Sequence record: PV245935.1
From: Escherichia phage kaset
DNA: 64,000 nt
Direction: 5' to 3' (one strand)
Every line of letters starts with the position of its first letter. Within the stretch, counting starts at the first letter, position 1. A model generated the notes under the pieces. That model searched no databases, had not been told where the DNA came from, and saw only the letters and a program-made list of their open reading frames with translations. Shown one piece after another: positions 1-10,217 of this stretch. The translations under genes and the position numbers were made by a program.

Positions 1-596
1 AAGGTCTGGAGGGTATTGCGGATTACTACCTGAAAGAAGGTCAGGATGTGGATTTTGACCCTCAAAAAGATTCACGGTCGGTGCAACCGTCTACCCTTCC
101 AAGCGTCAAAGGTAATGTCGTTAACTTACGACACAACGTTGGAAAGATGGACGCAGCATCGTTACCTAAGATGAAGTTGCACGGGCTGATTCTTGGGATT
201 GAGAATCCTCGCAACAGCATCCGTAGAGGGAACAGCCTTGACGGTGAATGGGCAGTCAAGATGCCGCATCACTACGGATTCATCAAGGGCACTAAGGGCG
301 CGGACGGCGATGAAGTCGACTGCTTTGTTGGTCCAAATATGAAGTCGCCGAAGGTCTTTATCGTTAACCAGAACGATAATTACTCTGGCGAGTTTGATGA
401 ACACAAGTGTATGCTTGGATTCGATTCAGCAGAAGAAGCGAAAGAAGCTTATCAAGCATCATTTGGTAACGGTTGGAATGGATTCGACTCAATCCACGAA
501 TTAGATGTGAACTCATTCAAGGAGTGGTTGAAGGGTGATTGCTCTCAAGCATACGGAGCACTCAATAATCCTACTAATTCACCGAAGCAAGGTTGA
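1..596 (+). CDS. Partial CDS (5' end outside window); C-terminal region carries an inorganic-pyrophosphatase-like signature
   Basis: Frame is open from window start into track ORF 48..596; motif YGFIKGT...DGDEVDC fits the family I pyrophosphatase pattern D-[SGDN]-D-[PE]-[LIVMF]-D as I recall it. Confidence 0.5.
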   Translation, partial: GLEGIADYYLKEGQDVDFDPQKDSRSVQPSTLPSVKGNVVNLRHNVGKMDAASLPKMKLHGLILGIENPRNSIRRGNSLDGEWAVKMPHHYGFIKGTKGADGDEVDCFVGPNMKSPKVFIVNQNDNYSGEFDEHKCMLGFDSAEEAKEAYQASFGNGWNGFDSIHELDVNSFKEWLKGDCSQAYGALNNPTNSPKQG

Positions 597-597
597 T

Positions 598-1449
598 ATG
601 GCTTTTAAAGCTTCGAAAAAACGTGAGCGCCGCTCACCCGATAGAATCGGGCGCGGCAGTCCGATAATCCCATCAAACGCTATTGCGATGGCCTACCGTC
701 GTGAGATGAAAGGTCTTTGCTATGCGATGATTGATGACTATCAGGAAGGCATTTCAGAATGGCTTGACAAGAAGCAGGTGCAGAAGTTTTTTGCGCAAGA
801 CTCTGCTGATTCGACATTCCAGACCCTTATGAAACGGCTGCAGCTGAAATGGGCAAAGGCGTTTGCACGTGTTGGGTCGAAGATTGCTGCTGATTTTGTC
901 AAATCGGTCGAAAAGGGTGCCACTTCTGCTACATTCGCCAGCCTTAAGTCCGCAGGCATAGAAGCGCCAAAGGCCACGTACAACAAATTCGTTGAGAACA
1001 CTCTTAGAACAAGCGAGACATTTAACACGACTCTAGTGACCAAGGTCGGCGAGGATATTCACAACAGAGTGTACGAAGCAGTAATGCTTTCACTGACTTC
1101 GCCCGACCCAGCCAAACAAGGCACGTCAGGCATTCAGGCGGCGCTGCGAAACGTCAAACACTTTTCTGCAAAGAGAGTCGATTTAATCGCTAAAGATCAA
1201 ACAAGTAAATTGTATTGCGTTCTAAGCGATGAAAGAATGCGCCAGAATGGAGTTGAAGAATTTGAGTGGGCGCACTCAGGAGCAGGAAAGGAGCCGCGAA
1301 TCTCTCATGAACACGTCGACGGAATGAGATTCAAACTTGATGACAAGCGTCTATGGGAAGTTGGCGGAGAATTGAAGTTCAAAAAGGGCGACATCGGTCC
1401 TCCTGGATGGGCGATACACTGCAAGTGCAGGAAAATACCAATCATTTGA
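598..1449 (+). CDS. Head morphogenesis protein, Mu F / SPP1 gp7-like
   Basis: ATG at 598 overlaps upstream stop (TGATATG); C-terminal R-x-S-H-x-H-x-DG motif (PRISHEHVDGMRF) typical of MuF-like minor head proteins. Confidence 0.7.
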   Translation: MAFKASKKRERRSPDRIGRGSPIIPSNAIAMAYRREMKGLCYAMIDDYQEGISEWLDKKQVQKFFAQDSADSTFQTLMKRLQLKWAKAFARVGSKIAADFVKSVEKGATSATFASLKSAGIEAPKATYNKFVENTLRTSETFNTTLVTKVGEDIHNRVYEAVMLSLTSPDPAKQGTSGIQAALRNVKHFSAKRVDLIAKDQTSKLYCVLSDERMRQNGVEEFEWAHSGAGKEPRISHEHVDGMRFKLDDKRLWEVGGELKFKKGDIGPPGWAIHCKCRKIPII

Positions 1450-1456
1450 GGTCATT

Positions 1457-2377
1457 ATGACGATACCAATCAGCACGTTTCCTCTATCTGGACAAACGCC
1501 AGTATTACCTGCTGTATATGCGAACGGTTTGGCGATTGTTTCAGAATTTACATCCGATAAAAATTTGATTGTTCCATTGAGTCCGCCATTGGCATCTGGA
1601 TACAATTCAGTCGGACAATTCTTTATGATCGGTAATGATGGAGATTCTACCAGCAAACCGAATCTGACCCTTTCAGTCCCCAAAATGAACATAACAGACG
1701 TGCAGACTGGTTTGACTGCATCTACAATCACCATCGCTTTTGGAGAAGCAGTGATTATAGGCATGGAGTCTGGAGGGTCCAAGAATGCTGTCGCCGTTAA
1801 AGTAGTCAAATCCAGCGGCAACCAATACACATTACCAGCAGCAACGGCTTCTGTTCTTGGCGGAGTCAAAATAGGGAGTGGCATAAGCGTTGCAGGTGAC
1901 GGTACAATTAGCGTGACTCAATACTCATTACCGATTGCATCAGCATCAACCTTGGGTGGCATAAAGGTAGGTACGACACTATCAATTGATGGTTCTGGAG
2001 TTCTCAATGCTGCTGCAAGCACTGTGCAGAACGCAAGCAACAGCGTAAGCAATCCTCCGACAACTCTGGTGAATCTGGCAACCTTAAACCTGCCTGCAGG
2101 GAAATGGCTTGTGACAGCAAGTCAGTTGACTGTTGCGACAGAAGGAGTTCAAGCGAATACCGGAATTACAGTCAAACTGTCAACAAGTAATTCAGATATT
2201 ACGGATGATGCATTTACGATGTCAGCTGGCATTCGGGCTGCAGGTCGTTTCGGCGGCAATATTCCAACAAAAATAATTACTCTTGCCGCGCCTGGCAACG
2301 TGTATCTAAACTATCAATGCACAGACGCATTGACATCTACCGTTTACGGACAGATCACCGCAATTAAGTTGAACTAA
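1457..2377 (+). CDS. Structural protein with internal Gly/Ser-rich repeats (decoration or fiber-like)
   Basis: RBS GAGG before ATG; repeated segments LGGVKIGSGISVAGDGTISV / LGGIKVGTTLSIDGSGVL. Confidence 0.6.
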   Translation: MTIPISTFPLSGQTPVLPAVYANGLAIVSEFTSDKNLIVPLSPPLASGYNSVGQFFMIGNDGDSTSKPNLTLSVPKMNITDVQTGLTASTITIAFGEAVIIGMESGGSKNAVAVKVVKSSGNQYTLPAATASVLGGVKIGSGISVAGDGTISVTQYSLPIASASTLGGIKVGTTLSIDGSGVLNAAASTVQNASNSVSNPPTTLVNLATLNLPAGKWLVTASQLTVATEGVQANTGITVKLSTSNSDITDDAFTMSAGIRAAGRFGGNIPTKIITLAAPGNVYLNYQCTDALTSTVYGQITAIKLN

Positions 2378-2387
2378 AGAGGAAGTT

Positions 2388-2525
2388 ATGCAAAAGATTA
2401 TTCAGTCACGTTACGTTAAAGTGCGAAATATTAATTGCAACTCTTTGCTTTCTTGGAAATGGGCTGTTTACGACTCGATGCTGATTGGCGTTTTAGTTGC
2501 TGGAGTGCTTTTTAATATTCACTGA
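2388..2525 (+). CDS. Small hydrophobic protein (45 aa), hypothetical
   Basis: Strong RBS AAGAGGAAG 4-11 nt before ATG; C-terminal hydrophobic stretch MLIGVLVAGVLF; below the ORF-track size cutoff. Confidence 0.4.
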   Translation: MQKIIQSRYVKVRNINCNSLLSWKWAVYDSMLIGVLVAGVLFNIH

Positions 2526-2539
2526 ATCGCCTGGCAGTG

Positions 2540-2835
2540 GATTGCCGCAGGATTTTACGCGTATAATGACGTATCATCCGTATCAAGTAAGTAGTTGTTT
2601 TCAAAAGAATCTTACGGATGATACGGATGATACGCGTTGCCGCGATACTTTATAGGAATTCAAATAAATTAATTTAAAATTATATATCTAATTTAATTTT
2701 ATTTTTTTATAAACTCTTATATATGAAAAGTATCCGTATCATCCGTATCATCCGTAGCACACCAGTGATAGCGCGGCTTATACACCGATACGGATAAAAA
2801 TACGCCTCATTTTATCCGTATCATCCGTATCACAC
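2540..2835. repeat. Iteron-like module A: 9-mer ATCCGTATC arrays in direct and inverted orientation around an AT-rich core
   Basis: Direct copies at 2576-2584, 2732-2756, 2814-2831; inverted TACGGATGA x2 at 2613-2630; AT-rich 2646-2730; homologous to 54601-54890. Confidence 0.7.
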
Positions 2836-2889
2836 TAATTAAGGCGCGGCTATATCGGTTGTTATACATATTCAAACCATAATTATTGT

Positions 2890-2918
2890 TTGCCTAAGTT
2901 TTTTTCATTAGATATAAT
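2890..2918 (+). promoter_or_regulatory. Sigma70-like promoter candidate upstream of the scaffold/capsid genes
   Basis: -35 TTGCCT (2890-2895), 17 bp spacer, -10 TATAAT (2913-2918); ATG at 2942. Confidence 0.4.
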
Positions 2919-2941
2919 ACACAATACTTATTTGAGGGTGG

Positions 2942-4363
2942 ATGCGAATGCAAACGGCACGCGAAATTGACAAAAATGGATTCTTGACGATTGTGGGTTG
3001 TCCCATTTCGTCATTTGGCATTTTTGATTATTCTGCAGGTCAGGTTGGACTTGATGGTGATCCGAATCGCATCGTAAAAGTTTATCGCCCAGAGTCAGCG
3101 GTGAAAGACCCCGAAGCGATAGATTCATTCAAAAATATCCCTTTCATCGACAATCACGAAATGCTTTCTGGATTCGAAGGTGATGAGGATAACACGGCAC
3201 CCGAAGAGTATGGCGTTGATGGAGTTCTAACTGGCAATGTTTATTATGACAAGCCATGGATGCGCGGCGACCTTAAAGTTTTTAGCCGTCGTCTGAAGAA
3301 AGCCATCGATTCTGGAAAGGTTGACTTGTCTTTGGGCTATGACTGTGAATTCATCATACAGTCTGGAGAGTTTGACGGGCAGCCGTATGAAGTGGTACAG
3401 ACAACTCTTCGCGGCAACCACATTGCTCTCGTGGACGTTGGTCGAGTACCAGGTGCACGGGTGCTGGATGGTCGTTGCTTTGACCATCTTTGTTTGACGA
3501 CTGTAACACCATCCAACGAGGATTTAGATATGCCAAAACCGTTAAAAGGTAAAGCGCGTGATAATGCTGTTGAACAGCTGAAATCACTGATCCCTGCGCT
3601 CGAACAATTTCTGAATGAAGAGAGCACCGAAGCTGCTCATCAGGATGAAGTTGAAGTGAAAGCAGAAGAGAAGGATTCAACCGAAGAACGTGAAGAAGTG
3701 ATGGTTGATCCAGAAGTCAAAGCAGAAGCTGAAGAGACTCCAGAAGGTGAAGAGAAGTTTGAAGTTGAAACTGAATCTCACGCTGGTGGCGAGCTTCCGC
3801 AACTGATCAGCCAAATCGAAGCACTTATTGCAAAACTGAAAGGTGGCGCGGTAGGTGATGAAGAAGAAGTTGAAGCCGAAGTCAAAGACGAAGAAGAAGT
3901 TGAAGTCAAGGCTGAAGATGTATCACCTTGCGACAAAGCTGAAGATGTGGTTAGCGGCCTGCAAAACAGCAACGTAAAGGGGGCTTCGGTCGAAAAAGAT
4001 GACAAACCGACAAAAGCGGCGAAAGCGTCGCCAGGTCCAGCAAAAGGGGAACACTCAATGGCATCTGATTCAGCAGTTGCTGCTTTCTACGCTGATTCTG
4101 CTCGTAAGAATAGCCTCTACCAGCGCCTGTCTAAAGTTGTTGGTGCCTTTGATCATGCAACTATGGACTCCAAGTCCGTAGCGAAATATGGCGCTAAAAA
4201 GTTAGGCTTGAAGTGCGTTGATGGCGCTGAGTTTGACGTTGTGGATAACTATCTGCGCGGCGTTGAACACGGTCAAAAACAGCGTGTAGTCGCAAAACAA
4301 AAGGCCGCTGCGGATTCTGCAGCAACTGACGAAGCATTTGAAGCTTGGTTGAAAGGGGAATAA
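2942..4363 (+). CDS. Putative scaffolding / prohead assembly protein with acidic repeat region
   Basis: Lies immediately upstream of the capsid candidate; long E/V/K-rich acidic repeats (EEVEAEVKDEEEVEVKAED); RBS GAGGG. Confidence 0.55.
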   Translation: MRMQTAREIDKNGFLTIVGCPISSFGIFDYSAGQVGLDGDPNRIVKVYRPESAVKDPEAIDSFKNIPFIDNHEMLSGFEGDEDNTAPEEYGVDGVLTGNVYYDKPWMRGDLKVFSRRLKKAIDSGKVDLSLGYDCEFIIQSGEFDGQPYEVVQTTLRGNHIALVDVGRVPGARVLDGRCFDHLCLTTVTPSNEDLDMPKPLKGKARDNAVEQLKSLIPALEQFLNEESTEAAHQDEVEVKAEEKDSTEEREEVMVDPEVKAEAEETPEGEEKFEVETESHAGGELPQLISQIEALIAKLKGGAVGDEEEVEAEVKDEEEVEVKAEDVSPCDKAEDVVSGLQNSNVKGASVEKDDKPTKAAKASPGPAKGEHSMASDSAVAAFYADSARKNSLYQRLSKVVGAFDHATMDSKSVAKYGAKKLGLKCVDGAEFDVVDNYLRGVEHGQKQRVVAKQKAAADSAATDEAFEAWLKGE

Positions 4364-4365
4364 AC

Positions 4366-4983
4366 ATGACTTTCCAAACTAGTGTAGGCCGTCAATATAC
4401 AACTGGCTTTCCTGGCGACATCGTTCGCGACGGCCCACAGCGTGGGAAGCCAGGCCGAATTGCCAACGCTAACGAAGGCGCAAACGTAAACGCCATCAGC
4501 CGTGTGTTCGGTTTTAAGACTGACGTATCCTTAATGGGTACTGGTCAAACCAAAACTTTGGGCGCGCAGGACTTTGAAGTTGAGCTGGGCGGCACTAACT
4601 ACTACGGCATCCTCGGTAATAGCAAGCGTTACGCGCTGTATGGCAACTCTACTGGTCCTTTAGGTGCCAGCATGGTTCTGCCTCAATATAGCGAAGGCGA
4701 GTTTTACGATATGTGCACGGGCCTTGTAGTTGAAGTATTCAACCCAAGCACCAGCCCGCAGACGCTTAACTATGGCGACCTGCTCGCTTATGTACCTAAA
4801 GGCATTTCCGGCGCGAACAACCCGAACAACTTGCCTATTGGCGCAATTATCGCCTATACTGGCTCACTGCCAACTGGCATGGTTGCCATCCCAGGCGGTA
4901 TTGTGATTGACCCGACTGCTATTGCCCTTTCCGGTCCAAGCGTCCAGTCTTCCACTTATACCATTGTACAATTGACTCGTTAA
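4366..4983 (+). CDS. Head-associated structural protein, hypothetical
   Basis: ATG 4366 with RBS GAAAGGGG; sits between scaffold-like and capsid candidate genes. Confidence 0.55.
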   Translation: MTFQTSVGRQYTTGFPGDIVRDGPQRGKPGRIANANEGANVNAISRVFGFKTDVSLMGTGQTKTLGAQDFEVELGGTNYYGILGNSKRYALYGNSTGPLGASMVLPQYSEGEFYDMCTGLVVEVFNPSTSPQTLNYGDLLAYVPKGISGANNPNNLPIGAIIAYTGSLPTGMVAIPGGIVIDPTAIALSGPSVQSSTYTIVQLTR

Positions 4984-4997
4984 TAGGCAGGTGAATA

Positions 4998-6137
4998 ATG
5001 ACTCGCATTAGCCAAACACACTCTCGCCTCCCAGCGAGCAAGGTGCGCCCTTTTGATATGCAATCCGTTACCGACGCGGCTGTTTCCCAGCTTGCTCGTA
5101 TCGGTATTGTGTTTGATTCCGCGATTGTGCGTGATCAGATTGAGCACTTAAACCGTGCAGGCGCTTTCCGCGTAGGTGACGCCGCGTTTACTGCACCGCA
5201 GACCACGCCATCAATCCCGACCCCGCTGCAGTTCCTGCAACAGTGGCTGCCTGGCTTCGTCAAAATCATGACCGCTGCTCGTAAAATTGACGAGCTGGTT
5301 GGTATTGACACCGTTGGCCAGTGGGAAGATGCAGAAATCGTTCAGGGCATTGTTGAACCAGCTGGCACCGCAGTTGAATATGGTGATTTCACCGCCATTC
5401 CTCTGGCAAGCTGGAACGTAAACTTTGAACGCCGTTCCATCGTTCGCGGTGAAATGGGCATGGCAGTCGGCATGCTGGAAGAAGGTCGCGCGTCTGCGAT
5501 GCGTCTGAACTCCGCAGAAACCAAGCGCCAGCAGGCTGCTGTATCTCTGGAAATCATGCGTAACGCAATCGGCTTCTATGGTTGGTACAACGGGAACAAC
5601 CGCACGTTCGGCTTCCTGAATGATCCAAACCTGCCAGCGGCGATGACTTCAAACACCACTTCCGGCTGGGCTACTGCGACCTTCCAACAGGTGACTGCAG
5701 ACATCCGTTTGATGGTTCGTCAAATTCGTGTAAACTCTCAGGACCAGATTGATCCAGAGAAGGTTGACATGACTCTGGCGCTGCCGACCAACTCTATTGA
5801 TTGGCTGTCAAACACCACCGACTTCGGTATTTCTGTACGTGACTGGATCACCCAGACTTATCCGAAGATGAAGATCAAATCTGCACCGGAACTCAACGGC
5901 GCACTTGGCAGTGACCCGACTTTCCTGAACGTGGCATATCTGTACGCTGATCACATCGATTCCTCAATTGATGGCTCAAGCGATGATGGTTCCGTATTCA
6001 GTCAGCTGGTCCAGACTAAGTTTATGACTCTGGGCGTTGAGAAACGTGCTAAGAGCTACGTTGAAGACTACGCAAACGCAACAGCAGGCGTTCTGCTCAA
6101 GCGTCCTTTCGCAGTCGTCCGTATGACTGGTATCTAA
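4998..6137 (+). CDS. Major capsid protein candidate
   Basis: 379 aa ORF following the scaffold-like gene; position and size typical of a major capsid protein; stem-loop follows the stop. Confidence 0.55.
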   Translation: MTRISQTHSRLPASKVRPFDMQSVTDAAVSQLARIGIVFDSAIVRDQIEHLNRAGAFRVGDAAFTAPQTTPSIPTPLQFLQQWLPGFVKIMTAARKIDELVGIDTVGQWEDAEIVQGIVEPAGTAVEYGDFTAIPLASWNVNFERRSIVRGEMGMAVGMLEEGRASAMRLNSAETKRQQAAVSLEIMRNAIGFYGWYNGNNRTFGFLNDPNLPAAMTSNTTSGWATATFQQVTADIRLMVRQIRVNSQDQIDPEKVDMTLALPTNSIDWLSNTTDFGISVRDWITQTYPKMKIKSAPELNGALGSDPTFLNVAYLYADHIDSSIDGSSDDGSVFSQLVQTKFMTLGVEKRAKSYVEDYANATAGVLLKRPFAVVRMTGI

Positions 6138-6162
6138 TTGCTGTGATTACACAGTAAAACAC

Positions 6163-6192
6163 ATGGGGCGTGGTCGAAAGGCTTCGCCCCAT
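6163..6192 (+). terminator. GC-rich stem-loop after capsid gene (possible terminator or mRNA stability element)
   Basis: GGGGCG ... CGCCCC inverted repeat; no clear U-tract. Confidence 0.3.
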
Positions 6193-6252
6193 ATCAATAG
6201 ACCTCAAGGGCTGTAGGGGCTTATCTGAGGCTTATATAAATAGGACTACAAA

Positions 6253-6717
6253 ATGCCAAAATATATCGTTTCAACTATGTCTATGTCAGTCAACTACACT
6301 TTCTATACTGAAGTGAAAGAAAACCCGAACGCAAAAGCTGGTTCAGGCGCTCTTCCAAATATTCGCAAACAGATTCTGATTAAGGGCGGCGCTGGCCTTA
6401 CTTCGGCAACCTCCGGCTTTGGTGAAATGGCAAAAGGCGCTGATGGTGCACCTTTGTGGACTCCTGAAGGAATCGTCACCGTTGTAAGCGATGCTGATTT
6501 TGAACATCTAAAAGATCATCACGTATTCAAGCAACACCTTGAAAAAGGTCTGGTTAAAGTCGTAAATCACGACATTGTTGGCAATCACAAAGCTGTCGCT
6601 AAAGAAGTGCGCGGCATGTCAGATGACCCGTTCGCACCTATGACGCGTGAGACGGCTGACAAGCGCATCAAGGTTAAATTGAGCGGCGACCAAGAAGATG
6701 ATTTGTTCCGCGTTTAA
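6253..6717 (+). CDS. Hypothetical structural protein
   Basis: ORF with ATG start in head-tail joining region. Confidence 0.5.
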   Translation: MPKYIVSTMSMSVNYTFYTEVKENPNAKAGSGALPNIRKQILIKGGAGLTSATSGFGEMAKGADGAPLWTPEGIVTVVSDADFEHLKDHHVFKQHLEKGLVKVVNHDIVGNHKAVAKEVRGMSDDPFAPMTRETADKRIKVKLSGDQEDDLFRV

Positions 6718-6731
6718 ATAAGGTGAATGCC

Positions 6732-7187
6732 ATGTCATTAGATTACGAAAAGTTCAGAATAAAATTTCCACAGTTTGCTGATCAGGTCAAATTCCCTGAC
6801 ACAACGCTTCAAGTATTCTATGACATGGCATGTGAATTTATTGAATCACAAGACAGTCCTTGTCGTGTTTTAAATGGCAGTAAATTGGAGCTGGCATTGG
6901 AATATATGACGGCTCATCTTTTATGCATAGCCGCAGACCAACAGGTGTCTGTGTCTTCTGGTGACGGAGTTGAACAAGGCGGTTTCGTGACTGGTGCAAC
7001 AATCGGTGACATCACCGTGAATAAAGTAGCGCCGCCTGCGAGTGATGGTTGGGAATACTGGCTGTCAAGCACTCCTTATGGCATGGCGTTGTGGGCGCTT
7101 CTTCAAGCACTGGCCGTTGGCGGCTTGTCATTCGGTGGGCTTCCAGAGCGCGAAGGATTTCGTAAAATTGGTGGGGTATTCTGGTGA
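6732..7187 (+). CDS. Hypothetical structural protein (head-tail connector region)
   Basis: In-frame ATG at 6732 preceded by AAGGTG RBS. Confidence 0.5.
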   Translation: MSLDYEKFRIKFPQFADQVKFPDTTLQVFYDMACEFIESQDSPCRVLNGSKLELALEYMTAHLLCIAADQQVSVSSGDGVEQGGFVTGATIGDITVNKVAPPASDGWEYWLSSTPYGMALWALLQALAVGGLSFGGLPEREGFRKIGGVFW

Positions 7188-7570
7188 GGATTCCTGGCGT
7201 AAACTTATATCGAGTTGCGACAAAGGTCATCGGTCGCCAACCGATTCAATATTACATGTACAAGGGGCGCACTCTTGATAAAATGCGCAACTACGTTACA
7301 ACTTATGAAGAACCAATCACGCTACTTGCTTCGGTGCAGGCTGTTCTTCGAAATCAATACGTCGAGCTTGGATTAGAGCTTCAAAAGAACTATGTCAAAA
7401 TCTGGGTAGACAAAGACATTGTTGACCTTGACCGCGATGCTTCCGGCGACTATTTTGTGTTTGGTGGGAAAAAGTATAAAATGGAAGATGAAACGACATG
7501 GTTTGACCAAGATGGTTGGACGTCTTGCCTTGCCGTGGAAGTAAAACAAAGCTTTCCAGTGTCTACTTGA
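7184..7570 (+). CDS. Hypothetical structural protein
   Basis: Track ORF with GTG start overlapping upstream stop; start uncertain. Confidence 0.45.
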   Translation: MRIPGVNLYRVATKVIGRQPIQYYMYKGRTLDKMRNYVTTYEEPITLLASVQAVLRNQYVELGLELQKNYVKIWVDKDIVDLDRDASGDYFVFGGKKYKMEDETTWFDQDGWTSCLAVEVKQSFPVST

Positions 7571-7577
7571 GGTGTAT

Positions 7578-8153
7578 ATGACAGATGTCGACCTGATTGA
7601 CATGCTGGCAACGCGAATTGAAGAAGGTCTGGCGGCGTATAGTCGTGCAGACCTTTCTGCTGTTCCGGTCCAGAAAAAGTATCAACCGACTCAACAGGGC
7701 ATTCCGACTGGTGATCAAATTTGGTTTAACCTTTTATTCTCAGTTCCTTTTGGATGGTCCATGAGGAAAAGTGAATTTGCCAATGATGAGTCTCAATTCG
7801 TAAACGGCAAATTTAAAGATATTGAAGATCAGATATACGCAACACGTTTTCAAATCAGCGGCTTATTTCCAGAAGTTCCTGGCAATCCAGAAAAGCCTAC
7901 TGCTAATGACGTGTTGACTTATTTGGCAAGATTCATAACTCATAAAGCTAATCTGAGAGATTGGTTCAAAAAGCATCAGGCATCAGTATATCGAATCGAC
8001 ATGAATAATAATGAAAAGTTTTATGATGACATGTCACAATTCGAATCATTCCCTTCTTTTGATTTAGTAATACTTCACAGAAACGCAATTTCAATTGATA
8101 CTCCTGCAGTGGCAAGAGCTGTTAATAATGATTTGGGTGACGTTCCGGTGTAA
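7578..8153 (+). CDS. Hypothetical structural protein
   Basis: ATG 7578 after GAGGTG RBS. Confidence 0.5.
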   Translation: MTDVDLIDMLATRIEEGLAAYSRADLSAVPVQKKYQPTQQGIPTGDQIWFNLLFSVPFGWSMRKSEFANDESQFVNGKFKDIEDQIYATRFQISGLFPEVPGNPEKPTANDVLTYLARFITHKANLRDWFKKHQASVYRIDMNNNEKFYDDMSQFESFPSFDLVILHRNAISIDTPAVARAVNNDLGDVPV

Positions 8154-8154
8154 T

Positions 8155-8640
8155 ATGACAAAATCAAAAATGATAGAAAAACAGATTAAGGCACTTCAAT
8201 CTATGAAGGGTCTTACTGTTGAGGCAGGATGGTTTGATTCTACCAGATACCCTTCAGAAACTGGTGGAGAAGGCATGCTGGTGTCAGAAGTCGCGCGGCT
8301 TAACGAGTTTGGTCACATAGCCGTTTTGAACTTTGGACAAGGCCCAGTCAGGGTAGAAGTGCCACCCAGACCATTCATGAGATATGCCTATGAATTATTC
8401 GTTAGTGAGCGCAGTGAAATAGAGAATAAAATTGCTAAAAAGATTTTTTCCGGTAAAATAGACGCTAGACAGGCATTGGGTCAAATTGGGCTTGCGATGG
8501 AAGCAAAGATTGTCGAATCAATTAAAAACGGACCGTGGCAACCAAACGCCAGATATACTGTACGTGTGAAGGGATTCGACAAGCCTTTGATTCACACTAG
8601 CCTCATGTGGCAATCTGTCAGCAGCCAAGTCATTAAATAA
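8155..8640 (+). CDS. Hypothetical structural protein
   Basis: ATG at 8155 immediately after upstream stop. Confidence 0.5.
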   Translation: MTKSKMIEKQIKALQSMKGLTVEAGWFDSTRYPSETGGEGMLVSEVARLNEFGHIAVLNFGQGPVRVEVPPRPFMRYAYELFVSERSEIENKIAKKIFSGKIDARQALGQIGLAMEAKIVESIKNGPWQPNARYTVRVKGFDKPLIHTSLMWQSVSSQVIK

Positions 8641-8652
8641 GAGGACACCGAC

Positions 8653-10191
8653 GTGATCAGTCAATCTCGTTATATTAAAATTGTATCAGGGGTCGGAGCA
8701 GGCGCGGCTGTTGCAGTTCGCAAACTGTCGCTTCGCGTCATGACTTCTAATACAGTTCTGCCGCCAGGCATTGTAGCAGAATTTTCAACGGCTGATGCTG
8801 TTGGATCATATTTCGGTTATTCTTCCGAAGAATATAAGCGCGCAGCATTATATTTTGGATTCATCAGCAAGCAAATTAACTCGCCTGATTCAATCAGCTT
8901 CTCGCGTATTGTTTCAACTGCGATCCCAGCAATGGTCATCGGTGATACTGAGCCTAAAGTGCTTGCTACGTTTCAAGCATTCACTGGCGCTATCTTAAGC
9001 ATCACTTATGATGGCACAGACTACCTGACTGACGCAATTAACCTTTCAGCGGCAACAAGCCTGGCAAATGTGGCTGAACTTCTGGAAACGGCAATCAATA
9101 CTAAATTTGCAGCAGAAGGTGGCACGTCGGTGCCTGCACTTGCTGATGCAGAAGTGTATTGGAACGCTAATACTCAGCAGTTCACGCTGGAAGCAGCGCC
9201 GTCGACCGCTGGTGCAGGCAATCTGTCTATCAACGTCACAGGCCAACCGACCGACCCGTCTCAGGCATTGGGTTGGACCACCACTGGCACCGTAACCGTT
9301 GCAGGCCAGGGCGTTTCAAGTCCGGTAGAAGCCATCGCGGCATCTGTGGAAATCTCCAACAACTTTGGCTCATTCCTTTTTGCTGGGGCTGACCGAACTC
9401 TGGAAGAAATTACCGCTGTGGCAGCGTGGACTCATTCGCAGAATAATATGTACATGTATTTATTCTCGACTTCGTTCGCTAATATCGGGTCATACTACAC
9501 CGCTCTGAAAGGGTACTCAGGCGTTGGCATGATGATTCGCGCAACTAACCTTGCCAACGATTACATCGACCAAGCACCTGCTGAAATCCTCGCGGCAACA
9601 AACTATAATACTGTGAATGCGACTCAAAACTACATGTATTATCAGTTTGATACTCGCAACGTGACTGTTTCAACTGACTCTCGCGCAGATACTGCTGATC
9701 AAAACCGTGCGAACTACATCGGTGCTACTCAGCAGGCCGGACAAACCTTGGCATTCTTCCAGCGCGGCGTATTGATGGGCGGGTCAACAGCAGCAGTTGA
9801 TATGAACACTTATGCCAACGAAATGTGGCTCAAGTCTGCTATTACATCTCAGCTGTTCAGCATGTTCTTGAATCTTGGTCGCGTCCCTGCTAACGAAGAA
9901 GGGAAAGCGACTGTGCAAGCCATGATTCAGGTTGCTGTGGATAACGCAAAAGTGAACGGCACCATCTCTGTTGGCAAGGCGCTGACTGAGATTCAGAAAC
10001 AATACATCACGCAAACTTCCGGTGACAACACTGCTTGGCGGCAGGTTGAAACTATCGGTTACTGGCTGACTGTAGATTTTGATACTGAAACCACTTCCGA
10101 TGGGCGCACCGAATACTATGCAACATACACGCTAATCTACTCTAAAGATGATGCTGTGCGTCGCGTTGAAGGTCGTGACGTTCTTATCTAA
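8653..10191 (+). CDS. Tail sheath-like / major tail structural protein candidate
   Basis: 512 aa ORF directly upstream of tube-like genes; GTG start with AAGAGGA RBS; assignment by size and synteny only. Confidence 0.45.
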   Translation: MISQSRYIKIVSGVGAGAAVAVRKLSLRVMTSNTVLPPGIVAEFSTADAVGSYFGYSSEEYKRAALYFGFISKQINSPDSISFSRIVSTAIPAMVIGDTEPKVLATFQAFTGAILSITYDGTDYLTDAINLSAATSLANVAELLETAINTKFAAEGGTSVPALADAEVYWNANTQQFTLEAAPSTAGAGNLSINVTGQPTDPSQALGWTTTGTVTVAGQGVSSPVEAIAASVEISNNFGSFLFAGADRTLEEITAVAAWTHSQNNMYMYLFSTSFANIGSYYTALKGYSGVGMMIRATNLANDYIDQAPAEILAATNYNTVNATQNYMYYQFDTRNVTVSTDSRADTADQNRANYIGATQQAGQTLAFFQRGVLMGGSTAAVDMNTYANEMWLKSAITSQLFSMFLNLGRVPANEEGKATVQAMIQVAVDNAKVNGTISVGKALTEIQKQYITQTSGDNTAWRQVETIGYWLTVDFDTETTSDGRTEYYATYTLIYSKDDAVRRVEGRDVLI

Positions 10192-10196
10192 ATAAT

Positions 10197-10217
10197 TGCC
10201 GCCGTAACTGGCGGCCA
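10197..10217 (+). terminator. Stem-loop after sheath-like gene
   Basis: GCCGCC-GTAACT-GGCGGC hairpin immediately after stop; weak U-tract. Confidence 0.3.

Noticed and set aside
2811-2822. DnaA-box-like TTATCCGTA within the iteron arrays
   Set aside because: Differs from the TTATNCACA consensus at the critical CACA positions; not claimed as a DnaA box.
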